Positions 16,847 to 26,544 are shown, counted from the first letter of the stretch. The stretch is 32,000 bases of DNA from Raphidiopsis brookii D9 (GCA_000175855.1 ACYB01000011.1:1-32000); one strand, 5' to 3'. The notes: generated by a model not told the origin, from the letters alone. Translations and numbers: made by a program.

Positions 16847-18688
16847 GTGAACAAGAAATGGAGAAATGCGGGGCTGTACGCGCTGTTATTTATCGTAGTA
16901 ATAGCCTTAGGGACAGCGTTTTTTGACAATCAACCGCCACAGGTAGAAACGTGGAGATATAGTGAGTTTATCCAACAGGTGGAACAGGGGCGGGTAGAAA
17001 GAGTTAGCCTCAGTTCAGATCGGACCACAGCGGTAGTGACACCCAAATATGATCCGAACAAAAAGCGGGTCATTCTGGTCAACGACCCAGATTTAATCAA
17101 CACCCTAAGCAGTAAAGGTGTAGATATTGCCGTACTACCCCAAACAGACGACGGATTTTGGTTTAGAGCGCTCAGTAGCCTATTTTTCCCTGTATTGCTG
17201 TTAGTCGGTTTATTTTTCTTGCTACGTCGAGCCCAGAGTGGTCCTGGTAGTCAAGCCATGAACTTTGGGAAATCCAAAGCCAGAGTGCAAATGGAACCCC
17301 AAACCCAAGTTACCTTTGGGGATGTGGCGGGTATTGACCAAGCCAAACTGGAATTAAATGAAGTTGTAGACTTTTTAAAAAATGCCGATCGCTTTACTGC
17401 TGTTGGCGCGAAAATTCCTAAAGGTGTATTATTAGTAGGACCACCAGGGACAGGTAAAACCCTATTAGCACGAGCAGTAGCAGGGGAAGCAGGTGTACCC
17501 TTCTTCAGTATTTCCGGGTCGGAATTTGTGGAAATGTTCGTGGGTGTGGGCGCATCTAGAGTGCGAGACCTGTTTGAACAGGCAAAATCCAATGCTCCTT
17601 GTATAGTCTTCATTGATGAAATTGATGCGGTAGGTCGTCAAAGAGGTGCGGGTTTAGGGGGAGGTAACGATGAAAGGGAACAAACCCTCAACCAATTACT
17701 AACGGAAATGGATGGTTTTGAAGGTAATACGGGAATTATCATTATTGCTGCCACTAACCGTCCAGACGTTCTTGATTCAGCTCTATTGCGTCCTGGTCGC
17801 TTTGATCGTCAAGTAGTAGTAGACCGTCCTGACTACGGTGGAAGGAGTGAAATCCTCAGAGTTCATGCTAGAGGTAAAACCCTATCAAAAGATGTAGACC
17901 TGGATAGAATTGCCCGTCGCACTCCCGGATTCACTGGTGCGGACCTATCCAACCTATTGAACGAAGCGGCAATTTTAGCAGCACGTCGCAACTTGACCGA
18001 AATTTCCATGGATGAAATTAACGATGCTATTGATCGGGTATTAGCAGGTCCAGAAAAGAAAGACCGGGTAATGAGCGAAAAACGCAAAACCTTGGTAGCA
18101 TATCACGAAGCTGGTCATGCTTTAGTTGGTGCATTAATGCCTGATTATGACCCCGTCCAAAAAATTAGCATTATCCCCCGTGGTCGTGCAGGTGGTTTAA
18201 CTTGGTTTACACCCAGTGAAGATCGGATGGATACAGGCTTGTATAGCCGCGCATATCTAGAAAATCAAATGGCCGTTGCGTTGGGTGGTCGTTTAGCAGA
18301 AGAAATTATTTTTGGTGAAGAAGAGGTAACCACTGGTGCTTCCAATGACTTGCAGCAGGTAGCTAGAGTAGCTAGACAAATGATTACTCGTTTTGGTATG
18401 AGCGATCGCTTGGGTCCTGTGGCCTTAGGTCGTCAGCAAGGTAATATGTTCCTAGGTAGAGACATCATGTCCGAACGGGATTTCTCGGAGGAGACTGCTG
18501 CTGCAATTGACGAAGAGGTTCGCAAACTTGTTGATATGGCATACTCCCGTGCCAAGGAAGTACTACTAAATAACCGTCAGATTTTAGACCAAATTGCTCA
18601 AATGCTGATTGATAAAGAAACAGTTGATGCTGACGAATTGCAGGATATCCTATCTAACAATGATGTAAAAACGGCAGCATTTGCCTAA
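16847..18688 (+). CDS. ftsH: ATP-dependent zinc metalloprotease FtsH
   Basis: It has an N-terminal TM, Walker A GPPGTGKT, Walker B VFIDEID, the SRH region, the zinc motif HEAGHA and a second TM. The start is GTG, preceded by AGGAGG about 12 nt upstream. Confidence 0.95.
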   Translation: MNKKWRNAGLYALLFIVVIALGTAFFDNQPPQVETWRYSEFIQQVEQGRVERVSLSSDRTTAVVTPKYDPNKKRVILVNDPDLINTLSSKGVDIAVLPQTDDGFWFRALSSLFFPVLLLVGLFFLLRRAQSGPGSQAMNFGKSKARVQMEPQTQVTFGDVAGIDQAKLELNEVVDFLKNADRFTAVGAKIPKGVLLVGPPGTGKTLLARAVAGEAGVPFFSISGSEFVEMFVGVGASRVRDLFEQAKSNAPCIVFIDEIDAVGRQRGAGLGGGNDEREQTLNQLLTEMDGFEGNTGIIIIAATNRPDVLDSALLRPGRFDRQVVVDRPDYGGRSEILRVHARGKTLSKDVDLDRIARRTPGFTGADLSNLLNEAAILAARRNLTEISMDEINDAIDRVLAGPEKKDRVMSEKRKTLVAYHEAGHALVGALMPDYDPVQKISIIPRGRAGGLTWFTPSEDRMDTGLYSRAYLENQMAVALGGRLAEEIIFGEEEVTTGASNDLQQVARVARQMITRFGMSDRLGPVALGRQQGNMFLGRDIMSERDFSEETAAAIDEEVRKLVDMAYSRAKEVLLNNRQILDQIAQMLIDKETVDADELQDILSNNDVKTAAFA

Positions 18689-18696
18689 ACTAGCAA

Positions 18697-18722
18697 TTCA
18701 CCGATCTTATTAGGTCGGTGAA
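18697..18722. terminator. Hairpin between convergent ftsH and the CheA-like gene (possible shared terminator)
   Basis: ttcaccga (18697-18704) pairs with tcggtgaa (18715-18722) around a 10-nt loop. It overlaps the last codons of the minus-strand gene, and the flanking T tracts are weak. Confidence 0.3.
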
Positions 18723-20182
18723 ACTAGATTTAGTTGAGTGATAATTTCCCAGGGGTCTGCTACAAAAACAATAGTACCATCTGAGCCGATAGTCACTCCT
18801 GCAAGACCAGTGGGTTTGGGTAAAATTCCCGGGAATTGTTTAACAAAGATTTCCCGTTCACCCAAAACCTGGTCAACCTGGAGAGCGACTATAATATCAC
18901 TACTACCGGGGTGAAGAATAACTACAGAAGTGTTTTGATGATTGTCCGTTAAGGGAGTGTCAATAATGTGATGATTAAATCCTAACACTTCAGTGAGAGT
19001 GCGTAAAGGCAAAGTCCGTTCTCTCCAGCGGATAAATGGTTTGCCTTTAGCATCCCTGGCCACATCTTTCACAAATATATCCATGGTTTCCATCACATAT
19101 TCCTGATGGAAAGCAATTGTATGGTTATGGAAAACACAGCATATAGCTCCACAAGCAGTCAAACCACTTAAACTAATAGGTAACTTAATAGTCAAAGTTT
19201 TTGGGTGAGCGATAGAGGAATCAGTGCTAATAGTGCCATAAACTTGGTGAAGAATTGGTAGCAAATTTGGGATTAGTCTATGGTAGTTAATTCCCAGAGT
19301 ATTATTAGCTACAGATATAAAAGTTATAGATATCAGATTGTATTTACCCTCGACAGAAACCTGGATAGTGATTTTTCCTGCAGGTGATTTACCAGAAGCA
19401 ATGCGGACTGGAGGATTTTTAGTTTCCTGGGACATAGCATGATGGAGTATATAAATCAGACAATCAGTCAGGTGGGGTAAAATCAGCTTATCCATAGGTG
19501 TTTCTTGTCCTTGGATAACCAAGTCCACCTTTTTGCCATACTTCACTCCATCAATAGTCACCTGATTACGTAATCGTTCACTAGCTCGAGCAAAAGGGAT
19601 CCGTTGTATGGTGACACAACTATGCCGTAATTTTTCCGTGACTTGATCAAACTGCTCACTTAAAGTTTGAATTTCCTCTTGAACAACATCAATATCTAAT
19701 GCGGACTCCACCATGCTGGAAGTACATTCTATAATTTCTTGGTGCAGGGAATAAAAAGAACTAGATGGGTCATTTAACTCTTGTATTCTGATACCGATTT
19801 GGGAAAGGTGTTGAATTTGAGAGAGCAGATGGTCTAAAGATTGGCACAGGTGCTGGTGATTATGCGCTAGGACATGGTGACTGGTCAGCAATTCCCCCAC
19901 TAAATTTGCTATTTCATTTAAATGATCAAAAGAAATATTGACACCCTCCTTACCCCCAAGAGAAACGGGATCTGGTATTTTAGTAACTTGGGGTTTTCCC
20001 GCTGTAGGAGCAGTGGTGACAACCTGCTTTCCTTTTTCCCTGACTATTTGTGATGAGACTTGTTTAGAGCCTGCTAACAAGCTATCTTCCAATTCCTTAA
20101 TCAAATCTTCCAAATTCTCATCTACAGGTTTTTTTTCAGGTTTGTTTCCTGTATCTTCCCAAAAACTATTAGCATCATGCAT
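18710..20182 (-). CDS. CheA-like protein with dimerisation (P3), degenerate HATPase (P4) and CheW-like (P5) regions only; predicted pseudokinase
   Basis: P3-like: ISFDHLNEIANLVGELL. P4-like: KKVDLVIQGQETPMDKLILPHLTDCLIYILHHAMSQE...ISVANNTLGIN...TLTIKLPISL. P5-like: the C-terminal ~140 aa ending GLAGVTIGSDGTIVFVADP. There is no Hpt/P1 or P2, and only 41 bp separates its start from the upstream gene. Confidence 0.75.
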   Translation of the reverse strand: MHDANSFWEDTGNKPEKKPVDENLEDLIKELEDSLLAGSKQVSSQIVREKGKQVVTTAPTAGKPQVTKIPDPVSLGGKEGVNISFDHLNEIANLVGELLTSHHVLAHNHQHLCQSLDHLLSQIQHLSQIGIRIQELNDPSSSFYSLHQEIIECTSSMVESALDIDVVQEEIQTLSEQFDQVTEKLRHSCVTIQRIPFARASERLRNQVTIDGVKYGKKVDLVIQGQETPMDKLILPHLTDCLIYILHHAMSQETKNPPVRIASGKSPAGKITIQVSVEGKYNLISITFISVANNTLGINYHRLIPNLLPILHQVYGTISTDSSIAHPKTLTIKLPISLSGLTACGAICCVFHNHTIAFHQEYVMETMDIFVKDVARDAKGKPFIRWRERTLPLRTLTEVLGFNHHIIDTPLTDNHQNTSVVILHPGSSDIIVALQVDQVLGEREIFVKQFPGILPKPTGLAGVTIGSDGTIVFVADPWEIITQLNLVSPT

Positions 20183-20223
20183 ACTTTTTGTTTTTACCTA
20201 ACCTAAGTTTAAATCAATGGTAT

Positions 20224-21681
20224 TTAGGGAGAGTTAAGAGTTGCTTTCTCAATTGAGGAGTCTATATCAGCTATTATAGGGGTAATATCATCCAGAGATT
20301 GCCTAGCTTGTTGTGCAAGTTTCGTGCTAGTAATCACTCGTTGTTTGCTCCCTTCCATAGTTAGTATGAGATGGTTAGCCTCCTTGTCAATATTTCCAAA
20401 CATCTCTTGAATCTGCTTAACAGATTTAGCTGTCTTATCTGCTAGTTGGGATATTTCATTAGCCATAATTGCCAGTCCTCTTCCTCCTATACCAGATTTT
20501 GTTGCTTCAATACTGATATTTAATGTTAACAAATTAGTACGAGAGGATAATTGGGATGCTAAGGTAGCTAAGGAATTAATTTCTTGACAAGTCTGGGCCA
20601 AGTATTTTAGTTGAGGTTCGGTTTTGGTTAAGGTTTCTCCCACTACCAAAATTTCTGCCACCATGTTTTCTAAAACTTCACTAACTTGACTATTAATTTC
20701 ATTAACGCGATGAACCGAGGTTTGAGCCGCTTTACCTATTTTTCTGACTTCCTCTAGGGATTGCGTCATAGTTACTACAGAGTTAAGAGTGACTGCTAAC
20801 TCTTTGTCCTGACCGGAGTTTTGTTCATGAAAAGCACGTCGAACAGATTGATGTGCCAGACCACCCATGGAAGCAGCAGTGATTCCACTTAGGATTCCAG
20901 CACCTAGAGGTACTCCCCAATTGACATTTCTCATCCATTCACGTTGGGTGGGTGATATCCATGAACTACTTCCAAAGCCAATCACAGCAGCTGTTAGGGC
21001 TGAGGTAAAACCTACTACTAGTGCGGTAGACCACTGCTGTTTTTTTAAGATAGCATTTAAGGAAGAATTTTCCCCAACGGGAACATTCTCTGGTATTGGG
21101 TCTTGGGTACTTAAGGATTTATCTTCTAGTAACCTTTGGTTATGGTTACCAGCCAATTCATCATGGGTATCTATGTTTTCATCTATTTCTACCGGTTCCA
21201 AAGATGAAACACTTCTTAAATCATCAAATTCATCAAAATTAGCCAGGAATTCAATTTTGTCCATATCGTTATAACTATACTTTTTATCTGATTCTAAAGG
21301 TTGTGGTGGATGATTTTCTTCTATGTCCGAAAACAATTGTTCAACACTACTGGGATCTGCAACGAAAGCACCATCAGAACCACTCTTTAAAGCAGAGCTG
21401 TAAGTGACTAGCTCCTGTTCAATCACTTGTAATTTTTGACGAGCTGAACCTAGTATTTCTTGATTATTTGTTAAACCCAATACCCGATCATATTCCCCTT
21501 TGGCAACCTTAAATTTTCCTAAAGCATAGTATATATCACCGCGCAACAGGTGAGAATTAGGGTCTTCTCCTAGAATGCTGACTACTCGGTCTATTAGAGT
21601 AGCAGCACCTTGATAATCACCTCTTATGTAAGCTGTTAACGCCTGCTCATATTTGGAATTTGGCTCATCTGTATTTATCAT
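20224..21681 (-). CDS. Methyl-accepting chemotaxis protein-like transducer with an N-terminal TPR region
   Basis: The signalling-domain hairpin tip reads SSRTNLLTLNISIEATKSGIGGRGLAIMANEISQLADKT. There are two TM helices around residues 217-276, and TPR-like repeats in residues ~10-90. Confidence 0.85.
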   Translation of the reverse strand: MINTDEPNSKYEQALTAYIRGDYQGAATLIDRVVSILGEDPNSHLLRGDIYYALGKFKVAKGEYDRVLGLTNNQEILGSARQKLQVIEQELVTYSSALKSGSDGAFVADPSSVEQLFSDIEENHPPQPLESDKKYSYNDMDKIEFLANFDEFDDLRSVSSLEPVEIDENIDTHDELAGNHNQRLLEDKSLSTQDPIPENVPVGENSSLNAILKKQQWSTALVVGFTSALTAAVIGFGSSSWISPTQREWMRNVNWGVPLGAGILSGITAASMGGLAHQSVRRAFHEQNSGQDKELAVTLNSVVTMTQSLEEVRKIGKAAQTSVHRVNEINSQVSEVLENMVAEILVVGETLTKTEPQLKYLAQTCQEINSLATLASQLSSRTNLLTLNISIEATKSGIGGRGLAIMANEISQLADKTAKSVKQIQEMFGNIDKEANHLILTMEGSKQRVITSTKLAQQARQSLDDITPIIADIDSSIEKATLNSP

Positions 21682-22262
21682 TTCCCCTCCTGATTAAATT
21701 TGACCATACTTGCCCATTTATCACTTTGCAGAATTACTTTTTGATTAATCAGCTTTACGGACTTGTTATTTTCACTATCTAGCCATTCCCCCTGCACAAA
21801 AGGAACTATGTCATCTGGCACATCGGTTGGAGCTACTACGGATTCCATATCTAACCAAAACGTAGCACATATCTGGTCTACCGCTAAACCAATTATGGCA
21901 TCTTCGTACTCAGTCGTAATAACTGATACTTGTGATCTACGTTCTATATTTAAGGGTATCATTTCTCCCATAAACTTTCCTAAGTCTACTACCCAAATTA
22001 ACTGACCTCGCCAATTGACTACTCCTAAAACCAATGGGGAGGTGCTAGGAATGGGTATGATTTGATGGGGAGTGATTTCTATTACCTCCTTGATGCCAAT
22101 TAAGGGTAGGGCAAATTCCTCCGGTGAGGACAAATAAAACCTCAGATACAACTCGTCTTTCAAGGATGGGGATTGATTGAGACCTTTAGTATCAGTATTT
22201 TCTGGTAATTTGGCATGTCGGTTCTGGCGAGGGTCTATTACAAAGTCCGGTTTGCTGACCAT
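21678..22262 (-). CDS. CheW-like coupling protein
   Basis: It has a CheW-domain pattern: YLRFYLSSPEEFALPLIGIKEVIEI....IPIP.....LGVVNWRGQLIWVVDLGKF. Its stop overlaps the MCP start by 4 bp (ATGA). Confidence 0.85.
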   Translation of the reverse strand: MVSKPDFVIDPRQNRHAKLPENTDTKGLNQSPSLKDELYLRFYLSSPEEFALPLIGIKEVIEITPHQIIPIPSTSPLVLGVVNWRGQLIWVVDLGKFMGEMIPLNIERRSQVSVITTEYEDAIIGLAVDQICATFWLDMESVVAPTDVPDDIVPFVQGEWLDSENNKSVKLINQKVILQSDKWASMVKFNQEGK

Positions 22263-22298
22263 ATTTTCAGGAGTTTTCCAAGTGGGTTGTAGCCCATT

Positions 22299-23306
22299 CT
22301 AACTTTCTTTTTCTGTTGGAGTTAGAAACGGTTGTCGAATAACTATGGAAGCATTTTCTACTATTGCTATGCTACCACCAGGAAAAGGATCACTTTGAGA
22401 ACGGTTGGGAGCGTTAATTAAATCCCTGATTTTTTCAATATGATCAAAATTGGGGGTTTGTGGTAACGCTTCCTGCAATATTTGACGAATCACCCGGCGT
22501 TGAATAGCTAAGGGCTGTTGTTTTAATAAATCACGATTCAGACGCAAATCACCGTCTTCACACTTTGTTGAGGCTTGTAACCGCAACTGGTGAGCTATTT
22601 GTTCTAAATACTCTACTTCTGCTCGTAACAACTCTGCTGTGTGAGATAAATGGGATTCCACCTGGGGGTTGAAGTTTGCTGCAAGATAGGGGAGTAATTG
22701 CTGACGAATACGATTTCGCGGATACTGTAAGTTTTGATTTGTGCTATCCACCCAAACTGGTAAGTCAAGGTCTTGGCAAAATTTTCCAGTTTGTTCCCGG
22801 GTAATCTCCAACAGAGGACGAACCAACATCGTCTTCTCCCCTAAAGATCTTTGCCAAGTTAAGGACTGTAAACCATCAGCACCAGTCCCCCGAATCAGAT
22901 TGTATATTAGGGTCTCCGCTCGATCACTACTGGTGTGTCCCGTAACGATGTATTTATAACCATAATCTTCAGCAATTTCCCTAAACACTCTATATCGCCA
23001 ATTCCTAGCATCACCTTCGCTATTTACCGGGTCAATGGCAATTTGTAAGTGGAATGGTAAATCCCAACTAGTTGCTAGATTTTTTACATGATCCGCGTTC
23101 GCTTGGGAATCTTCTCGCCAACGATGATCACAATGGGCGATCGCCAGTTTCCACTTCCATTTAACTTGTAAATCCACTAACAACTTAATTAAACACAGTG
23201 AGTCCTGTCCACCGGATAAGGCAACCAATAAATGTTCATGAGGTGCAAATAAATGACGATGCCGGATTGTGCGATGTATTTTAGCGTGTAAAGAAGTCCA
23301 TACCAT
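22299..23306 (-). CDS. tilS: tRNA(Ile)-lysidine synthase
   Basis: It carries the PP-loop motif LVALSGGQDSLCL and has the typical TilS length and layout. Confidence 0.9.
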   Translation of the reverse strand: MVWTSLHAKIHRTIRHRHLFAPHEHLLVALSGGQDSLCLIKLLVDLQVKWKWKLAIAHCDHRWREDSQANADHVKNLATSWDLPFHLQIAIDPVNSEGDARNWRYRVFREIAEDYGYKYIVTGHTSSDRAETLIYNLIRGTGADGLQSLTWQRSLGEKTMLVRPLLEITREQTGKFCQDLDLPVWVDSTNQNLQYPRNRIRQQLLPYLAANFNPQVESHLSHTAELLRAEVEYLEQIAHQLRLQASTKCEDGDLRLNRDLLKQQPLAIQRRVIRQILQEALPQTPNFDHIEKIRDLINAPNRSQSDPFPGGSIAIVENASIVIRQPFLTPTEKES

Positions 23307-23313
23307 GTATTAA

Positions 23314-24585
23314 CTAGATTGGGTTATCCTTGGGATTAACTAGTTTTAATAGTTTCTGTTTAATTTGGGCATCGAAAACTTCCCACTTAATCTTAGCGTA
23401 TGCAGAATTCTCATTACCACCAGACAGAAATCCCATGGGAATCTCAAACCCACCAGCACCAGTACGTCCACCACCAAAAAATCTTCCCGTGCTATCTTGT
23501 CCAAAAGCTTCTTTAATAAACTCATCCGGATCTAAGGTCAACTTTGTAGTTCTCAAGGATCCAATCACCACTTCTAACTCATCATCCTCATCATGTACTA
23601 TTCCATATACCATGGCAGTATGCACATTTTCTTCTGTCACCAAAAAGTCCGCCGCTTGAGGTATGGCATCCCGATCATCATACCGTAAATAACCAACACC
23701 AGCTATAGAAAAGTTATTCTGAACAATGCGATTTTTCAGAGAACGCTCAATTACATCCATTACGCGCTTAGAACGATTAGCTTGTAAAATGGCATTAAGT
23801 AGTTGAGCATCATAGAACTTGCTTAGGTATGCAGCAGCCATAAAGTCTTCTTCCTGGGCTTGCATCAACCGATTAGTATCAGATCTTAACCCATGCATCA
23901 ATGCTGTAGCACATTTCACATGCTGTCCCATGCTACTATCCAGGGTGAGTAGACCCGACTGTAAATACTGGGTAAAAATAGTTGCTGTTGCTCGCACATA
24001 GGGACGAACATCAGTAAACTCGGCTTTCAGTTCCCCCTGTAAACTATGATGATCTACCAAGGTAATCAAAGGGATTCCAGCTTGCTGAAGAGCAGATGTT
24101 AAAGCAGAAGTAGTTCCTTGATTATCAATCAAGACGAAACCCTGATAAGAAACCAAATCTTTGGTTTTAATGCTTTGTGCTGTACAGCGTTGGGCAGGTA
24201 AGGCAGTCAATTTCACTAAAGCGATATTTTCCTGATGGCTGAGAGTGCCCGCATAAATAATTTCACACTTGATGTCATACTGTTGAGCAATGAGCTGATA
24301 TGCCCAAGCACTAGAGAGAGCATCCGGGTCAGGAAAGTCTTGGAGGATAACCAAATGGCGCTCGTGTCGGTGGGCGAGAAGAGTTTTTTGTAATTCTTCT
24401 GACTTTTGAGTGGCCAGGGAACTAGGACGGGAAACATTAGCAATGCTCCCATCACCATTAGATAGTAGCACCTGAGTTCGATGCAGTGGAGGAATGTCAA
24501 CCGTAGTCTCTGTTTCTATATCTTCCCCCTTTGGCTCTGTAGTCAACGTGAAAGTCCCAATTTGAGAAACACTAGAATTCAACAT
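23314..24585 (-). CDS. DHH/DHHA1-family phosphoesterase (NrnA-like)
   Basis: DHH motifs are present: DFPDPDALSS, VLIDNQG, LVDHHS and GLRSDTN. The C-terminal region is DHHA1-like (GGGRTGAGGF). Confidence 0.8.
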   Translation of the reverse strand: MLNSSVSQIGTFTLTTEPKGEDIETETTVDIPPLHRTQVLLSNGDGSIANVSRPSSLATQKSEELQKTLLAHRHERHLVILQDFPDPDALSSAWAYQLIAQQYDIKCEIIYAGTLSHQENIALVKLTALPAQRCTAQSIKTKDLVSYQGFVLIDNQGTTSALTSALQQAGIPLITLVDHHSLQGELKAEFTDVRPYVRATATIFTQYLQSGLLTLDSSMGQHVKCATALMHGLRSDTNRLMQAQEEDFMAAAYLSKFYDAQLLNAILQANRSKRVMDVIERSLKNRIVQNNFSIAGVGYLRYDDRDAIPQAADFLVTEENVHTAMVYGIVHDEDDELEVVIGSLRTTKLTLDPDEFIKEAFGQDSTGRFFGGGRTGAGGFEIPMGFLSGGNENSAYAKIKWEVFDAQIKQKLLKLVNPKDNPI

Positions 24586-24679
24586 GGTGCGGACAGTTCT
24601 AATTGTTATGGAATTATATATCTATATGATCTGTTAATCCTTTTCGCCCAAACATCCCCATTCCCAGTTAGTTAATTGG

Positions 24680-25177
24680 TTAAAGTCCTATAACATATTT
24701 TTGCCACTCCTGATGAAGTCCACTTTTCAGATGTTTCGTTACCTCAAAGTAGAGACTACTATGAGGTTGGCGCGGCGGATACCTTAATGGCATCCGGGCT
24801 TCTTGGGGGGTGCGACAGCCTTTTTTGACGTTGCAACGTACACAAGCAGTAACAATATTCTCCCAAGTGTCACCTCCACCACGAGATCGGGGTATTACAT
24901 GGTCTAAGGTTAGATCATCGCCGGTACAACCACAGTATTGACAACTGTGACCATCACGGTGAAAGATGTTTCGACGTGTAAGTGGGATTTCTTTGTATGG
25001 AACGCGGACATAATGACGCAACCGAATTACGGTTGGCAGTGGAAAATCGGAACAGAGGAATTTGCCATTGTGTTCCACATGTTCTGCTTTGCCTTTAATC
25101 AACAAAACGATGGCACGTCGCCAAGTGGTAATGTTGAGTGGTTCGTAGGAGGCGTTTAGGACTAAAACCTTCCCCAT
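24680..25177 (-). CDS. HNH endonuclease-domain protein
   Basis: CQYCG....LTLDHVIPRSRGGGDTWENIVTACVRCNVKKG is an HNH (beta-beta-alpha-metal) motif with a CxxC...CxxC zinc pair. Confidence 0.85.
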   Translation of the reverse strand: MGKVLVLNASYEPLNITTWRRAIVLLIKGKAEHVEHNGKFLCSDFPLPTVIRLRHYVRVPYKEIPLTRRNIFHRDGHSCQYCGCTGDDLTLDHVIPRSRGGGDTWENIVTACVRCNVKKGCRTPQEARMPLRYPPRQPHSSLYFEVTKHLKSGLHQEWQKYVIGL

Positions 25178-25322
25178 TGATTTTAGCTCAAGGTATTAGT
25201 TTCGGACATTCTAACACAAATATACCTTTTTAGACAGATGAGATCGCCCAAATGGTAAAAAAGGATGGTTAAATAGATGTTAGAATTTCACATCTCCCCA
25301 CTTTAAAAAGTATCGGGAAAAT

Positions 25323-26486
25323 ATGAAAATGCTTACTCCGCAAAATACTTACGCTTGGTTTTCACAACGTGCCTGGGTAGAGATTGATTTAGGAGCTTTG
25401 TCTAATAATGTGAAGCAGTTAGTAGGGTTTTTATCCCCGGGAACCCAATTGATGGCTGTGGTCAAGGCCGATGCTTACGGACACGGTGCTATTACTGTAG
25501 CTACAACTGTTTTAGCGGCGGGGGCCACCTGGCTAGGAGTAGCTACAGTTACCGAGGGTATTCAATTACGGGAGGCTGGAATTAAGGCCCCAATCCTGAT
25601 TTTGGGTGCCACCTATACACCAGAACAAATTCATGCTATCACCTCTTGGCAACTGGAACCTACTTTATGTAGCCCAGGACAAGCTTTAATATTTTCTCAG
25701 TTCTTAAATTCTATTGACCATAATTATAAGTTACCGGTTCATATTAAATTGGATACAGGAATGTCAAGACTGGGTGCTGAATGGCAACAAGCAGGTCAAT
25801 TTGCTCAGTTTGTTCAAGAACTACCTCGGTTACATATTGCCAGTGTTTATTCTCACTTTGCCACAGCGGATAGTCCTGATACCACAATTATGGAACAACA
25901 GCATGGAAGATTCCAACAGGCGATCGCTCAAATTAGAGCAAGAGGCATAAAAATACCAAGTTTACACTTAGCCAATTCTGCTGCTACCCTAGGGGACAAA
26001 GAATTACACTATGACATGGTGCGTGCGGGACTAGCCATTTATGGACTTTATCCAGCTGCTCACCAGAGAAATTATTTGCAACTGCGCCCCGCACTACAGG
26101 TAAAGGCCAGAATCACACATATAAAAACAATCAGTAAAGGAACAGGGGTGAGTTATGGTCACAAATTTATTGCTCCTAGAGAGATGCGAATTGGAGTAGT
26201 TGGTATTGGTTATGCTGATGGGGTGCCCAGGGGTCTTTCTAACCAAATGGAGGTGTTGGTGCAGGGTCACAGAGTTCAGCAGATTGGTATGATTACCATG
26301 GACCAACTGATGATAGATATTAGTCCTTTAGTGGAAGTACAGGAAGGGGAAATAGTCACTCTGTTGGGGGAACAGGGAGAAGAGAAAATCACAGCAGATG
26401 ATTGGGCAAATCAATTGAATACTATTTCCTGGGAAATCATTTGCGGATTCAAACATCGTCTACCCCGGGTGGCCATAGAAATTTGA
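25323..26486 (+). CDS. alr: Alanine racemase
   Basis: It has the PLP-lysine block AVVKADAYGHG, RAWVEIDLGAL at the N-terminus, and a VSYG block in the C-terminal beta domain. Confidence 0.9.
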   Translation: MKMLTPQNTYAWFSQRAWVEIDLGALSNNVKQLVGFLSPGTQLMAVVKADAYGHGAITVATTVLAAGATWLGVATVTEGIQLREAGIKAPILILGATYTPEQIHAITSWQLEPTLCSPGQALIFSQFLNSIDHNYKLPVHIKLDTGMSRLGAEWQQAGQFAQFVQELPRLHIASVYSHFATADSPDTTIMEQQHGRFQQAIAQIRARGIKIPSLHLANSAATLGDKELHYDMVRAGLAIYGLYPAAHQRNYLQLRPALQVKARITHIKTISKGTGVSYGHKFIAPREMRIGVVGIGYADGVPRGLSNQMEVLVQGHRVQQIGMITMDQLMIDISPLVEVQEGEIVTLLGEQGEEKITADDWANQLNTISWEIICGFKHRLPRVAIEI

Positions 26487-26515
26487 TCGAAAAGAAAAAA
26501 AATAGCAGATCCCTC

Positions 26516-26544
26516 TTGCCAAGGAAAAGTTGTTGTGATAGTAT
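26516..26544 (+). promoter_or_regulatory. Putative promoter of tRNA-Leu
   Basis: TTGCCA (26516-26521), a 17-nt spacer, then TAGTAT (26539-26544). The predicted start is a few nt before the mature tRNA 5' end at 26556. Confidence 0.4.

Noticed and set aside
23314-24585. The DHHA1 motif reading GGGR instead of GGGH in the DHH phosphoesterase
   Set aside because: All four DHH motifs look intact. Without an alignment I cannot tell whether the His-to-Arg change is family-typical, so it is not strong enough to report as a finding.
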